Shown here: piece after piece, positions 37,953 to 47,005 of the stretch
Position numbering within the stretch: the stretch's first letter is position 1
Layout of the letters: each line of letters opens with the position of its first letter
Assembly: GCA_035485115.1 (NCBI GenBank)
Contig: DATHOG010000219.1
Location: forward strand, 5,075 to 69,074
Direction of reading: 5' to 3'
Origin: Candidatus Sulfotelmatobacter sp.
Lineage (GTDB): Bacteria > Verrucomicrobiota > Verrucomicrobiia > Limisphaerales > UBA11358
Length of the DNA: 64,000 bases
Made by a program: the position numbers and the translations under genes
Notes under the pieces: generated by a model
The model's database searches: none
The model's input: the letters and a program-made list of their open reading frames with translations, nothing else
Told to the model about the DNA's origin: nothing

Positions 37953-38575
37953 ATGTCACGCCCGCCATCACGATCACGGACAACGTCACGCCCGAACTGG
38001 AGAAGCTCATCGCGAAGACGAAGCCCGATCAGCTCGCCCGCATCGCGCGGCAGCCGCTGGAAACGTTCACGCGCGTTCACCTGGCTTCGAACGGACGCAA
38101 TAAAAAAGGCTGGCCCTCGACCGGCTTCTGGGAATCCGCCTCGCGCGCGACCACGGCCACCGCGACCGGCGGGGCGGTGGAGATCTCCATCAACAAGCTC
38201 GGCGTGCGCCAGCGCGTGCTCGGCGGCCACATCGGCCCGGTGAACGCCAAGGCCCTCGCCATTCCGATCTCGCCCGTCAGCTACGGCCATCTTCCGCGCG
38301 AGTTCCCCGGCCTCTTCATCATCAACACGCCCAAGGGCGGTTACCTGGTCCAATACGGCGAGACCACGACCACGAACGCGAAGGGCGCGACCCGCACCCA
38401 CGGCATCGGCCACGCCGGCGGCGGCAACTCCCAATCGCGTCAACGTGCTACGTTGAATTTCCTTTTCAAACTCGTCGCCGGCGTGGACCAGGCTCCGGAC
38501 CCGACCGCCGTCCCGTCCGCCGATGAATTCACCGAAGTCGCCATGAGCGCGATCCATAGGAGTCTTGCGTCATGA
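37949..38575 (+). CDS. Virion morphogenesis / tail-completion-like protein
   Basis: 208 aa; weak resemblance to Mu G / HK97 gp10-like proteins; position. Confidence 0.45.
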   Translation: MNVTPAITITDNVTPELEKLIAKTKPDQLARIARQPLETFTRVHLASNGRNKKGWPSTGFWESASRATTATATGGAVEISINKLGVRQRVLGGHIGPVNAKALAIPISPVSYGHLPREFPGLFIINTPKGGYLVQYGETTTTNAKGATRTHGIGHAGGGNSQSRQRATLNFLFKLVAGVDQAPDPTAVPSADEFTEVAMSAIHRSLAS

Positions 38576-38588
38576 AAAATAATTGCCC

Positions 38589-39353
38589 ATGGCGGCTCGC
38601 CATATGATCAATCTCGAACAGATCCAGGAAGACATCTTCGCGCTGCTCATGTCGTTGCCGGCGCTGGCCACCGTCAATGTGGTGCTCGAACGCAAGTTCA
38701 TCGCCAACCAGGAAGTGCAGATGGATGCCGTCTGGCAGACCCCCCGCAACGGCGCGGCCGGCAACGGCATCCTGATCGAGATGCCCGATGTGGAAGTGAA
38801 GTCGGACAACGTCTCCGGTCCGCCGCAAGTGGTGCTGCTGAAATTTGTTTTGTTCCAAAACGGCGATGCCGCGCTCCTGCCGAAAGTCGGCGGCGGCTTC
38901 TACGCCGAGCAGCTCGAGCAAACCGTGCTCGATGCGCTGCACCTGCAGAGCTTCGGCGCGCTCGGCACCCTCCGCGCCGTGGGCAAATTCTCCACGCCCG
39001 CCCGCGACTACGATTTCCTGAACGCCCGCCGCCTCACGCTCCGCCTGGAACCGCTCGCCACGAAACAGACGCCCCGCACCGCGCCAATCACCGCCAACCT
39101 GGCGGCTGGTAATTGTTCCCTCGCCTGCGCGACGCCTGGCGTGAAGATCTATTTTACCTTGGACGGAAGTTTTCCCGCGAACAACGAGGTTGCTGTCCTG
39201 CTGCTGCCACAAGGCAACGTCGCCGCCCCGGTTAATAATTCGAGCAAACCCTACATCGCCCCGTTCGCCGTCACCAGCGGCCAGGTCATACGGGCGGCCG
39301 CCTACATCCCCGGCATGAACCCCGGCGAAATCCTCAACTCAACTGTCCCTTAA
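38589..39353 (+). CDS. Neck/tail-terminator-like protein with C-terminal Ig-like (chitobiase C-terminal type) domain
   Basis: C-terminal VKIYFTLDGSFP...KPYIAPFAVTSGQVIRAAAYIPGMNPGEI matches the CHB_HEX_C-like Ig motif; start ATG 38589 or 38604. Confidence 0.5.
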   Translation: MAARHMINLEQIQEDIFALLMSLPALATVNVVLERKFIANQEVQMDAVWQTPRNGAAGNGILIEMPDVEVKSDNVSGPPQVVLLKFVLFQNGDAALLPKVGGGFYAEQLEQTVLDALHLQSFGALGTLRAVGKFSTPARDYDFLNARRLTLRLEPLATKQTPRTAPITANLAAGNCSLACATPGVKIYFTLDGSFPANNEVAVLLLPQGNVAAPVNNSSKPYIAPFAVTSGQVIRAAAYIPGMNPGEILNSTVP

Positions 39354-39357
39354 CAAA

Positions 39358-39645
39358 ATGCATATTATGGTATCCATCGAAAAATTTACGCCTGTGATGA
39401 TTCAGCTTCCGGCAATAGATCTCCCGATTGTTGGCCTTGAGCCAGGCATGAAGCTCGTAGGTCACAACCTTCCGACCAATCACATGACATTGCCTGTTTG
39501 TCTCATCGAATTTAACGGCTATGTGCGCGAACACGTTTTGTTTCGCGTAAGCCAAGGCTACGAGCCCTCCATAATTCCAGAACGCATCGCTTGCCTTACC
39601 AAGTTGGAAAAATTCGATCCCGAAACCGCCCTTAACCAATCCTAA
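39358..39645 (+). CDS. Low-GC orphan ORF (moron) in the tail module
   Basis: 95 aa, ATG 5 nt after the upstream stop; visibly lower GC than its neighbours. The competing minus-strand ORF needs a TTG start. Confidence 0.5.
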   Translation: MHIMVSIEKFTPVMIQLPAIDLPIVGLEPGMKLVGHNLPTNHMTLPVCLIEFNGYVREHVLFRVSQGYEPSIIPERIACLTKLEKFDPETALNQS

Positions 39646-39658
39646 ATCCTAAATACCT

Positions 39659-40657
39659 ATGAGCGCCCAAACAGTTTACAGCGGCCCCGGCAAGGTCCGG
39701 TCCACCATCGCCACCAATCCCTACAACTTCCACGCCGAAGGCGAGAACGGCAAAGTGGATCTGAAGATCCTGGAGAAGCGCGACCAGCGCAGCACCGGCA
39801 CATTCGGCTACATCCGCAGCACGCTCGCCGACCAGATGGCCGAGCTGACGCTGACGCCATTCGATTCCTGGGCGCTGTTGCCGGCCTTGTTTCCCACCTA
39901 TCTCGGCGTCACCACCGGCAGCAACACCGGCGCCCTCGTCATCGGCACCCGCCCGCACGATTACGCCGCCGGCTCCGTCAGCGGCAAGGCCGTCACCACC
40001 GTCTGGACGCCGGACGGACGGCTCTACACGCTGGCGCGGTCTGCCATCGTCCAGCATCCCGGCATGAAGCTTGGCGTCGGCCAGCCGCTCTTTGATGCCA
40101 TGAAGATCGCCGGGCTCTGGGACGCCGCCGATGCGCCTGGCGGCACTGCCGCCAATTTCCTGACCAATACTGAAAGCGGTTCCTCCGATCCGGATACCGT
40201 TGGCTTCACGCCCGATTTCGTCAACGGCCATTGGACCGGGGCCTGGGCCGCGCTCACCGGCTTCACCGCCATGGAAGTGGAGGACTTCTGGCAGCTCCAG
40301 GTGCAGGCCAAGTATTCCACCCTCACCATCCAGAAACTCTCGCGCCACCTGAAGCTGGATTCCGTCGAGTTCATGATCAAGGGCCGGCTCGCCGGACCCA
40401 CGCACACGCAGATCCTCGCCAAGATCCTCGCGCACACCCTCGGCGGCGCGTTGGGCGAAGGCACCGCGGCGGATCTCATCCTCACCGGGCCCGGCAGCAA
40501 GACCGTCACCCTGAAGGATTGCGAAATCTTCCTGGACAACAGCGGTTTTGAATTCGGCGGAACAAAATTGGGCACCGGCGAAGTCGCCTTCGTCAGCCGC
40601 ATCGATTTCAGCGGCTCACCGGATGCCCCGCAACCCGCGCTGATTTTCTCTGCTTAA
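39659..40657 (+). CDS. Putative major tail tube protein
   Basis: 332 aa, position after neck genes and before chaperone-sized ORFs; no sheath-sized gene present. Confidence 0.5.
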   Translation: MSAQTVYSGPGKVRSTIATNPYNFHAEGENGKVDLKILEKRDQRSTGTFGYIRSTLADQMAELTLTPFDSWALLPALFPTYLGVTTGSNTGALVIGTRPHDYAAGSVSGKAVTTVWTPDGRLYTLARSAIVQHPGMKLGVGQPLFDAMKIAGLWDAADAPGGTAANFLTNTESGSSDPDTVGFTPDFVNGHWTGAWAALTGFTAMEVEDFWQLQVQAKYSTLTIQKLSRHLKLDSVEFMIKGRLAGPTHTQILAKILAHTLGGALGEGTAADLILTGPGSKTVTLKDCEIFLDNSGFEFGGTKLGTGEVAFVSRIDFSGSPDAPQPALIFSA

Positions 40658-40690
40658 ACCACGGATGAACACGGATGAACACGGATAAAA
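40655..40690 (+). repeat. Intercistronic decamer-triplet element, copy 2
   Basis: TAAACCACGGATGAACACGGATGAACACGGATAAAA starting at the tube-gene stop; contains mini-ORF MNTDEHG. Confidence 0.8.
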
Positions 40691-40715
40691 AACAACCATT
40701 AACCACCTCTAAAAT

Positions 40716-40985
40716 ATGATCACCAAAACAACCATCGTCTGCGACGGATGCAAACAGCCCGTTGATAAAGATCACCCGGCCCTCATCGAACTCGCTCCGA
40801 CCGGCGCCGGCGTGTTCCTTAAACAAACCATCGGCCAGGGCGATAAGACCGCCGTGATCGAGCATCGCATCATCAACGCGGTCCATCTGCACAACCCGCA
40901 ATGCTTCGCCGTCTATTGCGAGAATATCGTCGCCACCGCGCTCACGGCGGACAAAATCGAGTCGGGAACCGAAGTCGAAGCCTGA
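40716..40985 (+). CDS. Hypothetical tail-module protein (chaperone-sized)
   Basis: 89 aa; CDGC..C..C motif. Confidence 0.45.
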   Translation: MITKTTIVCDGCKQPVDKDHPALIELAPTGAGVFLKQTIGQGDKTAVIEHRIINAVHLHNPQCFAVYCENIVATALTADKIESGTEVEA

Positions 40986-41009
40986 TAATTAACGCGTCGA
41001 GTTTCGACT

Positions 41010-41423
41010 ATGCTCGTGAATTGGAAAATACCCGGCTCCTCCGCCGGCTGGACGTTGCTCTTCGATGAAACGAAGGGCGACGCCAACGAGAAATTCCTTT
41101 TCCAGTTCGCCGATTCCGTCATGAAGATCCCCGGCTACGGCGCCCCGAACACCGCCAAGCTGCCCATGGCCAACACCAACGGGAGCACCCCGTTCAAATG
41201 GACCAGCACCTATGGATCTGCCGATCTGGCCCTGGCCGCCATGGCCACCCTGCGCACCGCGTTCAAAGGCATCACCGTCCATCTCCAGTTGATCCAGGGC
41301 GGTACCACCTTGTATCTCCCGAACGCCAACCTCACCGGCAGCTCGCACGATGTCCAGGGCGCAAGCTGCACCCACGAGCTGAAGTTTGAAACCGACGACA
41401 TAACCACCACCGAACCAGCGTGA
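41010..41423 (+). CDS. Hypothetical tail-module protein
   Basis: 137 aa. Confidence 0.45.
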   Translation: MLVNWKIPGSSAGWTLLFDETKGDANEKFLFQFADSVMKIPGYGAPNTAKLPMANTNGSTPFKWTSTYGSADLALAAMATLRTAFKGITVHLQLIQGGTTLYLPNANLTGSSHDVQGASCTHELKFETDDITTTEPA

Positions 41424-41527
41424 CGCTGGACCCAAGTATGAAAAACAAAATTCATCCTGCTGATAAAAAAATTATCTGCCACCGCGTCCGGTATCTCAAT
41501 GAACGCCGCCGTGATGTTGCTAAAGCA

Positions 41528-41695
41528 ATGAAAGTATCAATGGCCGTCATTTCAATGGCCCTGTCCGGTTGCGCATGGCAACCGAACGGGTGGAACGGGA
41601 CGATTTACACGGACCCACGCTTCCATGTGCAGACATACGCGGTCGGCATTAGCGGCGCAATACCGCCGTGGCCCTGGTGGAAAAAACAAAACTAA
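41528..41695 (+). CDS. Small lipoprotein (55 aa)
   Basis: Internal ATG of ORF 41420..41695 gives MKVSMAVISMALSGC (lipobox) ...PPWPWWKKQN. Confidence 0.4.
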   Translation: MKVSMAVISMALSGCAWQPNGWNGTIYTDPRFHVQTYAVGISGAIPPWPWWKKQN

Positions 41696-41699
41696 AAAT

Positions 41700-42566
41700 A
41701 TGAAAACCGCCTCTGCGATCCTCTGCGTTCTCTGCATCTCTGCGTTTAATTCCGCCTTCGGGATCACTCCATTCGTGGGCCAGTTTAAAAATGCCGACGG
41801 CTCGGCCATGACCAACCCGTTCACCATGCAGGCCTGGCCGCAGACCTTCACCTGGACCGTCAACGGCACCAACATCATCTACGGCGGCATCCTCATCACC
41901 AACGTGCCAAACAGCAGCGGCTTTTTCACAAATTCATTTTACGCCAACGGCTTCCGCCTCTTCGTCCCCGCGTACAACTCCTATCTGTTCGGCTATCTGC
42001 CGGACACCACGCAAGTCGTCAACCTCGCGCTGTGCTTGAGCAATGCCCCCGCCACCGCGCAGGGTCTCTCGCAATACGGCCTCATCACCAACTGGCTCGG
42101 CTATGCGCCGGTGCCGCCCACGTGGGCCGGCGTCACCAACGCCCTCGGCTACGCCCCGCCCACCAATACCTACGCCAATTTTACAAACATCCTCGGCTGG
42201 ACCCCGACCTACGCCGGCATCACGAACCTGATCGGCATCCCCGCCACCAATGGGGGACCGCTCGCCTATTCGCAACTGCCGTTCACGCCGCCCTCGAACA
42301 ACTATGTCGGCATTTCCAATGCCGTCGGTTTCGTGTTCGCCACCAACGGCGGTCCGCTCGCCTACTCGCAATTGCCGTACATCCCGCCGACGAACACCTA
42401 CGCCGGCATCAGCAACGTCCTCGGTTTCAACCTGGCCACGAACAATCCGCAGACGCTCATCTTTACCAACTTCACCATCTTGACCTTCACCACCAACAGC
42501 AGCGGCGGCGTGACCAATTTCACCTTCACCAACCTGATCGATACGCTCATTTATACGCATCCATGA
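41700..42566 (+). CDS. Tail-fibre-repeat protein
   Basis: Six ~14-30 aa repeats with core [AV]xx[AIV]LG[YWF]xP (ALGYAP, ILGWTP, LIGIPA, AVGFVFA, VLGFNLA). The N-terminal 'signal peptide' is encoded by a CTCTGCG-type DNA repeat, so the true start may be downstream. Confidence 0.55.
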   Translation: MKTASAILCVLCISAFNSAFGITPFVGQFKNADGSAMTNPFTMQAWPQTFTWTVNGTNIIYGGILITNVPNSSGFFTNSFYANGFRLFVPAYNSYLFGYLPDTTQVVNLALCLSNAPATAQGLSQYGLITNWLGYAPVPPTWAGVTNALGYAPPTNTYANFTNILGWTPTYAGITNLIGIPATNGGPLAYSQLPFTPPSNNYVGISNAVGFVFATNGGPLAYSQLPYIPPTNTYAGISNVLGFNLATNNPQTLIFTNFTILTFTTNSSGGVTNFTFTNLIDTLIYTHP

Positions 42567-45070
42567 AAAAGCTTTTTAAAAAAATGCCGGTCGGCACGGT
42601 CTTGGCCATCGTCTATTTGCTATCGGCTATGGCCGCTCCCGCGGCCACGGTCATCCACCAATTCCAAAACGGTTTCGGCCAAAGCACCACGCCGACCATT
42701 TCATTGACGCCGCTCACCGTGCCCCTGCAGCAAAGTAACACGCTCATCATCGGCGGCATGACCACGTTCCCCTGGCCGACCAACGGCCTGTCAACCGACA
42801 CGTGGGGCAATGTCACCTTCTTCGGCTGGACCAACAACGGCGTGAATTATCAATTCATCATCCCCTTGAGCGCCGGCACCTGGCAGGAAAACTGGCAGGG
42901 CTTTCCCGGTTCCCAGCAACTCACCGTGCCCAACAGCACCAACACTTTTTACGTCACCGACCTTTCCGCGCATAACATCATCCTGCAACCCGCGCCAATC
43001 ACCATCGCCACCAGCAACATCCTCGCCCTCATCGCCGCCAATGCCGACAGCAATGGTGCCGCCGCGGCGATCGGCACCACGACGGCGACAAGTTTTTCAA
43101 ATCAAGCAAACGCATACGCCGGCAACGGCAGCGCCCTGACACAACTGAATTGGAACAATATCACGGGCAAGGCACAGGTCTTGACCAACCAGGCCCCCGG
43201 CTACGTGTTCTCGAACCTGACCATTTTCGCCAATCCAAACTTCACCCCGGCCAACCAGCTAAACGACCTGTCGTTTACGAACTATGCGACCGGCGATATT
43301 CTGTCGTTTTATTTCCAAAAATCGCTCGGGGCAAATGGTAATCTCAACGGCTTCCAGGTTTCCTCCTACAATGCCGTCACCGGTAAATCCGCCGGCGTGT
43401 CGTTCTTTACCAACGGCACGATTCAACTGTTCGACTCGACCGGAGGCGGCATCATCATTTCAAACGGGATGATCATCGGCAACGGCGGCGGGTTGACCAG
43501 CGTGAACGCCGCGAGCCTGGGCGGGCTGCCGCCGAGCATCTTTGCGCTCACCAACCAGTTCATTGTCCTCAATACCAATCTGGTTAATTTCTGCGCCAGG
43601 CTGGCTGACAAATCTGCTCAAGACCGGGTGCTCGCGATGAGCATGGCCTTTGGAACCAATCTGCCGGCCAATTCTGATGTGGTGGCCTTTGACGCTTCTT
43701 ATAATTTTGTCACGAATGGCAACGGGAGTGGAATCTACGGGCACAGTTACTACGCATCCAACTTTGTCAGCGATTGGTTTGGCTGGGGTGCGCGGGCGAA
43801 CGGATCGCAGTTGTTCATGCCCATGGGAACCGAGTGCAGCAACTGCCTCATTGCCGTGGCGTTTGACCTGCCCTGCGACTCGACTCCGTTTACCGGCCTG
43901 GGTAATTTTCTGGCCGGGATTGTTAACACGAACACCTCCGACCAAATTGCTTTTTCGGTTGGGCGCGGAAACAACACGTCTATTTTTTCGTCCACCGGAA
44001 ACACGCAATTCGGAAATGCACACAGCAACTCACTTTCGCCAATGGTCGGAGTTGCTGGCGCTTATAGTTATGCCGCTTACTCGGATAAAGGAAGGGGTCG
44101 AATGCTCTTTTTCTTGCAGATCTCCAATCGCCAGGTGGTTGCCGCCTGTGACGGATTTCCTTCCGAAATGGGAGATGGAAACGGTAATACGCCTTCATTC
44201 ACTCCGTTGATTGTTGCTCCCGGCACCGGCACAAGTTCACTCAATACCTTCCTGCTTGGCGGCAGTATATCTGCTACCGCGGGCAGCAGTCAGAATTGCG
44301 GAAACATTCCGCTTCAAGCCAGGCTTTTCGCCGCCGGCTGCTTCCCAGGCATCGGGTTCACCACCAATTTCTACGACACTGTCATAACGGCATTTGCCAA
44401 GCTGGAGAAAAATCAAACCCTGACCCTCTGGCCGAACGATTCAAGGTCTGTGCCGGCAGTTTACACCATCCTTGGTGTCGATACGAACTGCCAGCCTTGG
44501 GTCACCGAGGCGGTCTTGTGGGCGGATGAGCATTTGTGGCAAAACCGCTCCGTCGGCGGCACGGCGCTGTCGGATATAATCGCCAATCCATTTGTGGTTT
44601 TTGGACACCTGCCACAGGGCGTCCGCCTGCGCGTGTTTTTGGACAATATGGGATGGAACGATATTTTTTTCGGGGCTTCGGCCGCGACGACGTTCTCAAG
44701 GCTCCAGACCGTCATCGCCCTATGCCAAACCAACGGGGCTTTTGAAATTGATTACTCTCCGCCGATGTACACCTCGACAACCAATTCCGCGTACAACACG
44801 ACATTTTCAAATAGCCTCGTAACTTTCGATGAGATGGTCAGAACCAGCAATCTGCCGGTCGTCAAACACCGCGGCGACCTGGCCGCCAATCAAGGCACGC
44901 TGAACAATCCGAATATTTTCGGAGACGGCCAGCACGCCTCCGGCATTTCGTTCTTCTATTTCAAGGCGCAGGCGGTTTATTACAAGGGAGAATATCCAAC
45001 CTTGAAACTGATGGATGGAAGCATCACCTACGGCGGCTTGTCCGGGGTCACCAACTTTTTTTTACAATGA
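42563..45070 (+). CDS. Large fibre-like protein with C-terminal SGNH/GDSL-type esterase domain
   Basis: ATGA start at 42563; GNGSALTQLNW and GNGGGLTSVNAASLGG fibre motifs; C-terminal blocks NDS, NRSVGG, GWND, DGQH in SGNH order. Confidence 0.6.
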   Translation: MKKLFKKMPVGTVLAIVYLLSAMAAPAATVIHQFQNGFGQSTTPTISLTPLTVPLQQSNTLIIGGMTTFPWPTNGLSTDTWGNVTFFGWTNNGVNYQFIIPLSAGTWQENWQGFPGSQQLTVPNSTNTFYVTDLSAHNIILQPAPITIATSNILALIAANADSNGAAAAIGTTTATSFSNQANAYAGNGSALTQLNWNNITGKAQVLTNQAPGYVFSNLTIFANPNFTPANQLNDLSFTNYATGDILSFYFQKSLGANGNLNGFQVSSYNAVTGKSAGVSFFTNGTIQLFDSTGGGIIISNGMIIGNGGGLTSVNAASLGGLPPSIFALTNQFIVLNTNLVNFCARLADKSAQDRVLAMSMAFGTNLPANSDVVAFDASYNFVTNGNGSGIYGHSYYASNFVSDWFGWGARANGSQLFMPMGTECSNCLIAVAFDLPCDSTPFTGLGNFLAGIVNTNTSDQIAFSVGRGNNTSIFSSTGNTQFGNAHSNSLSPMVGVAGAYSYAAYSDKGRGRMLFFLQISNRQVVAACDGFPSEMGDGNGNTPSFTPLIVAPGTGTSSLNTFLLGGSISATAGSSQNCGNIPLQARLFAAGCFPGIGFTTNFYDTVITAFAKLEKNQTLTLWPNDSRSVPAVYTILGVDTNCQPWVTEAVLWADEHLWQNRSVGGTALSDIIANPFVVFGHLPQGVRLRVFLDNMGWNDIFFGASAATTFSRLQTVIALCQTNGAFEIDYSPPMYTSTTNSAYNTTFSNSLVTFDEMVRTSNLPVVKHRGDLAANQGTLNNPNIFGDGQHASGISFFYFKAQAVYYKGEYPTLKLMDGSITYGGLSGVTNFFLQ

Positions 45071-45456
45071 CCCCGCGCCACCCATTCCGTTCGCTCCTTT
45101 GCATGGCGGCCATCATGGCCCTCTGCCTCTCTGCGTTGATCGGCGCCCCGCTGGTCAAACAATCCTCGCTCCTGATCACCAAACCGGCGGTGGTGGTACC
45201 GCCACCGCCGCCCGGCGTACTGCTGGCCTATAACACGATCAATGTCTACGAAGAAATCCTGTCCACCACCAACCTGACCACGCCACTCACCAACTGGACC
45301 GTGCTGGCCAGGTTCACGAACAATTTCCCCACGAGCTTCTACGCCACCAACGATCCAGCCAATCCGACCAAATTTTACGTGATCTGCCTGATGACCGATA
45401 ACGGCCTCGTTTTACCCACCAACGGCATCTGGCAGTTCGTCGTCACCACCAATTAA
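45067..45456 (+). CDS. Hypothetical exported protein
   Basis: 129 aa; hydrophobic N-terminus LLCMAAIMALCLSALIGAP; PPPPP linker. Confidence 0.45.
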   Translation: MTPRHPFRSLLCMAAIMALCLSALIGAPLVKQSSLLITKPAVVVPPPPPGVLLAYNTINVYEEILSTTNLTTPLTNWTVLARFTNNFPTSFYATNDPANPTKFYVICLMTDNGLVLPTNGIWQFVVTTN

Positions 45457-45460
45457 ATTT

Positions 45461-47005
45461 ATGGCCGATTCATCCTACAAAATCCAGATCATCTTCGACC
45501 TGATCAATCAGGGGAAGATTCCCGAGGCCAAGGCCGAATTGCAGCAACTCGCCGCCGGCACCGCAACCTTCACCGACAAAACCGATGAGCTTGGGGCCGC
45601 GCAAAAGAAAACCGCCGGGCTCGTGGATGAACACAATTCCAAAGGGCGGGCGCAATATCTTCTTTTTTCCGAGATGAACCGCATCTGCCCGAAACTCGGC
45701 GAAGCCATCCACATGGTCTTTGCTGGGCCGCTCGCACCGCTGCTCATCCTCACCGGCGCGATCGAGTACGCCCACGAACAGTTGAAGGAATTCAACGAGG
45801 AAATGGACAAAGCCGCCGAGAAAGCCGCCGAGGGGGATTTTCTGCCGAACATCGAGGACAAGCTCCGGGTATTGGGCGAAGCGGCCGCCGCCGCCCAGGC
45901 CTATGCCGATAACATCAGCAATGCCGCCACGAATGAGGATCACCTCATCAAGTCCTTGGATAATGAATTAAGCCGGCTGCAGGCCATCGAACGCGCCCGC
46001 GCCGCCCTGGACAGCGCCAAAAAGGAACTGGCCATCGCCCAAATTCAGCAACAGGAAGCCGCCGGTCAAATCACGCCCGAACAGGCGGCCGAGCAGCGCG
46101 CCAAGGTTGAAACTGATTTCATCCAGGATCAGGAAAAGAAAAAAGAGGCTGATCAGGATGCCCAAGTGGCGCGGTTCAACGCCAATATTAAAACACTTTC
46201 GGACCACCAGGCCGAACTCGACACCAATAAAGATTCCACCGCCGCGGCCGTGACCGCCCGCAAGGTGCATGAAGGGGAAGTGCAAATTGATCCGGCGGTA
46301 ATTGCAAAACAACAAGCCGAAGCCCAAAAAAGGCTGGACGCCGCCAATACCTTGGTGGATCAGGCCCGTTCCGAAGCGGACCAATATCGCGCCGCAAAAG
46401 ATTACAGCCTTTACGACCCGCACCACCAGCAGGAGCTTGACCAGGCGCAGGCGGATGCGCAAGCCGATGCTGACAAACAAAAAGGGGCGGTAAATTATTT
46501 TACATATCGGCAGCAGCAATATGACCAGGCCAATTCCCCCGCCGCCAAAGCCGCCGCCCAGGCCCAAGATGATGCGGCCAAGGCGGCCTTGGAGGCGGCG
46601 GATAAAAACCGCAGCGAGGTAAAAAACACCACTGAAAAACGTGATCAATACACGGCAGAAAACATCGGCGATCCGAACGATCCCGATTCGCCGCGCAACC
46701 AGGCGCGGGCCATCGCCGGCATCCAGGTCCAGACCAAGAATACGGAGGAGAATGCCCGCATCGAAAAACAATTCACCGCCGACGCCACCGCCATCCACGC
46801 GTTCGATGTCTCCAAACACTCTTCCCCGGAGACCATTCGCAAGGCGGCCCAGAACATCGCCGACCTTCAGCTCATCTTGAAGGACCATGCGGATGTGGTG
46901 AAGAACCTCGCTGACCTGGATCTGCCCGGCATTATGAAGGATGTCCAATCTGCGCTGGCGAAATTGCAACGCCAGAACGAAGCCAACGCCCGCGGCCCGC
47001 AATGA
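45461..47005 (+). CDS. Putative tape measure protein
   Basis: 514 aa, almost entirely Ala/Gln/Glu/Lys coiled coil with one hydrophobic segment; followed by large tail-tip genes. Confidence 0.6.
   Translation: MADSSYKIQIIFDLINQGKIPEAKAELQQLAAGTATFTDKTDELGAAQKKTAGLVDEHNSKGRAQYLLFSEMNRICPKLGEAIHMVFAGPLAPLLILTGAIEYAHEQLKEFNEEMDKAAEKAAEGDFLPNIEDKLRVLGEAAAAAQAYADNISNAATNEDHLIKSLDNELSRLQAIERARAALDSAKKELAIAQIQQQEAAGQITPEQAAEQRAKVETDFIQDQEKKKEADQDAQVARFNANIKTLSDHQAELDTNKDSTAAAVTARKVHEGEVQIDPAVIAKQQAEAQKRLDAANTLVDQARSEADQYRAAKDYSLYDPHHQQELDQAQADAQADADKQKGAVNYFTYRQQQYDQANSPAAKAAAQAQDDAAKAALEAADKNRSEVKNTTEKRDQYTAENIGDPNDPDSPRNQARAIAGIQVQTKNTEENARIEKQFTADATAIHAFDVSKHSSPETIRKAAQNIADLQLILKDHADVVKNLADLDLPGIMKDVQSALAKLQRQNEANARGPQ

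Noticed and set aside
39334-39639. Minus-strand 101-aa ORF opposite the low-GC moron
   Set aside because: It needs a TTG start, has no internal ATG until the last codons, and runs against the operon. The plus-strand ORF fits the stop/start spacing.
42032-42562. N-terminal extension of the 1012-aa ORF (likewise 41625-41699, 30261-30371, 1280-1522 and 7995-8183 for their ORFs)
   Set aside because: The extensions are Arg/Pro-rich and overlap neighbouring genes in another frame. Internal ATGs with signal peptides or coupling to upstream stops give sensible proteins.
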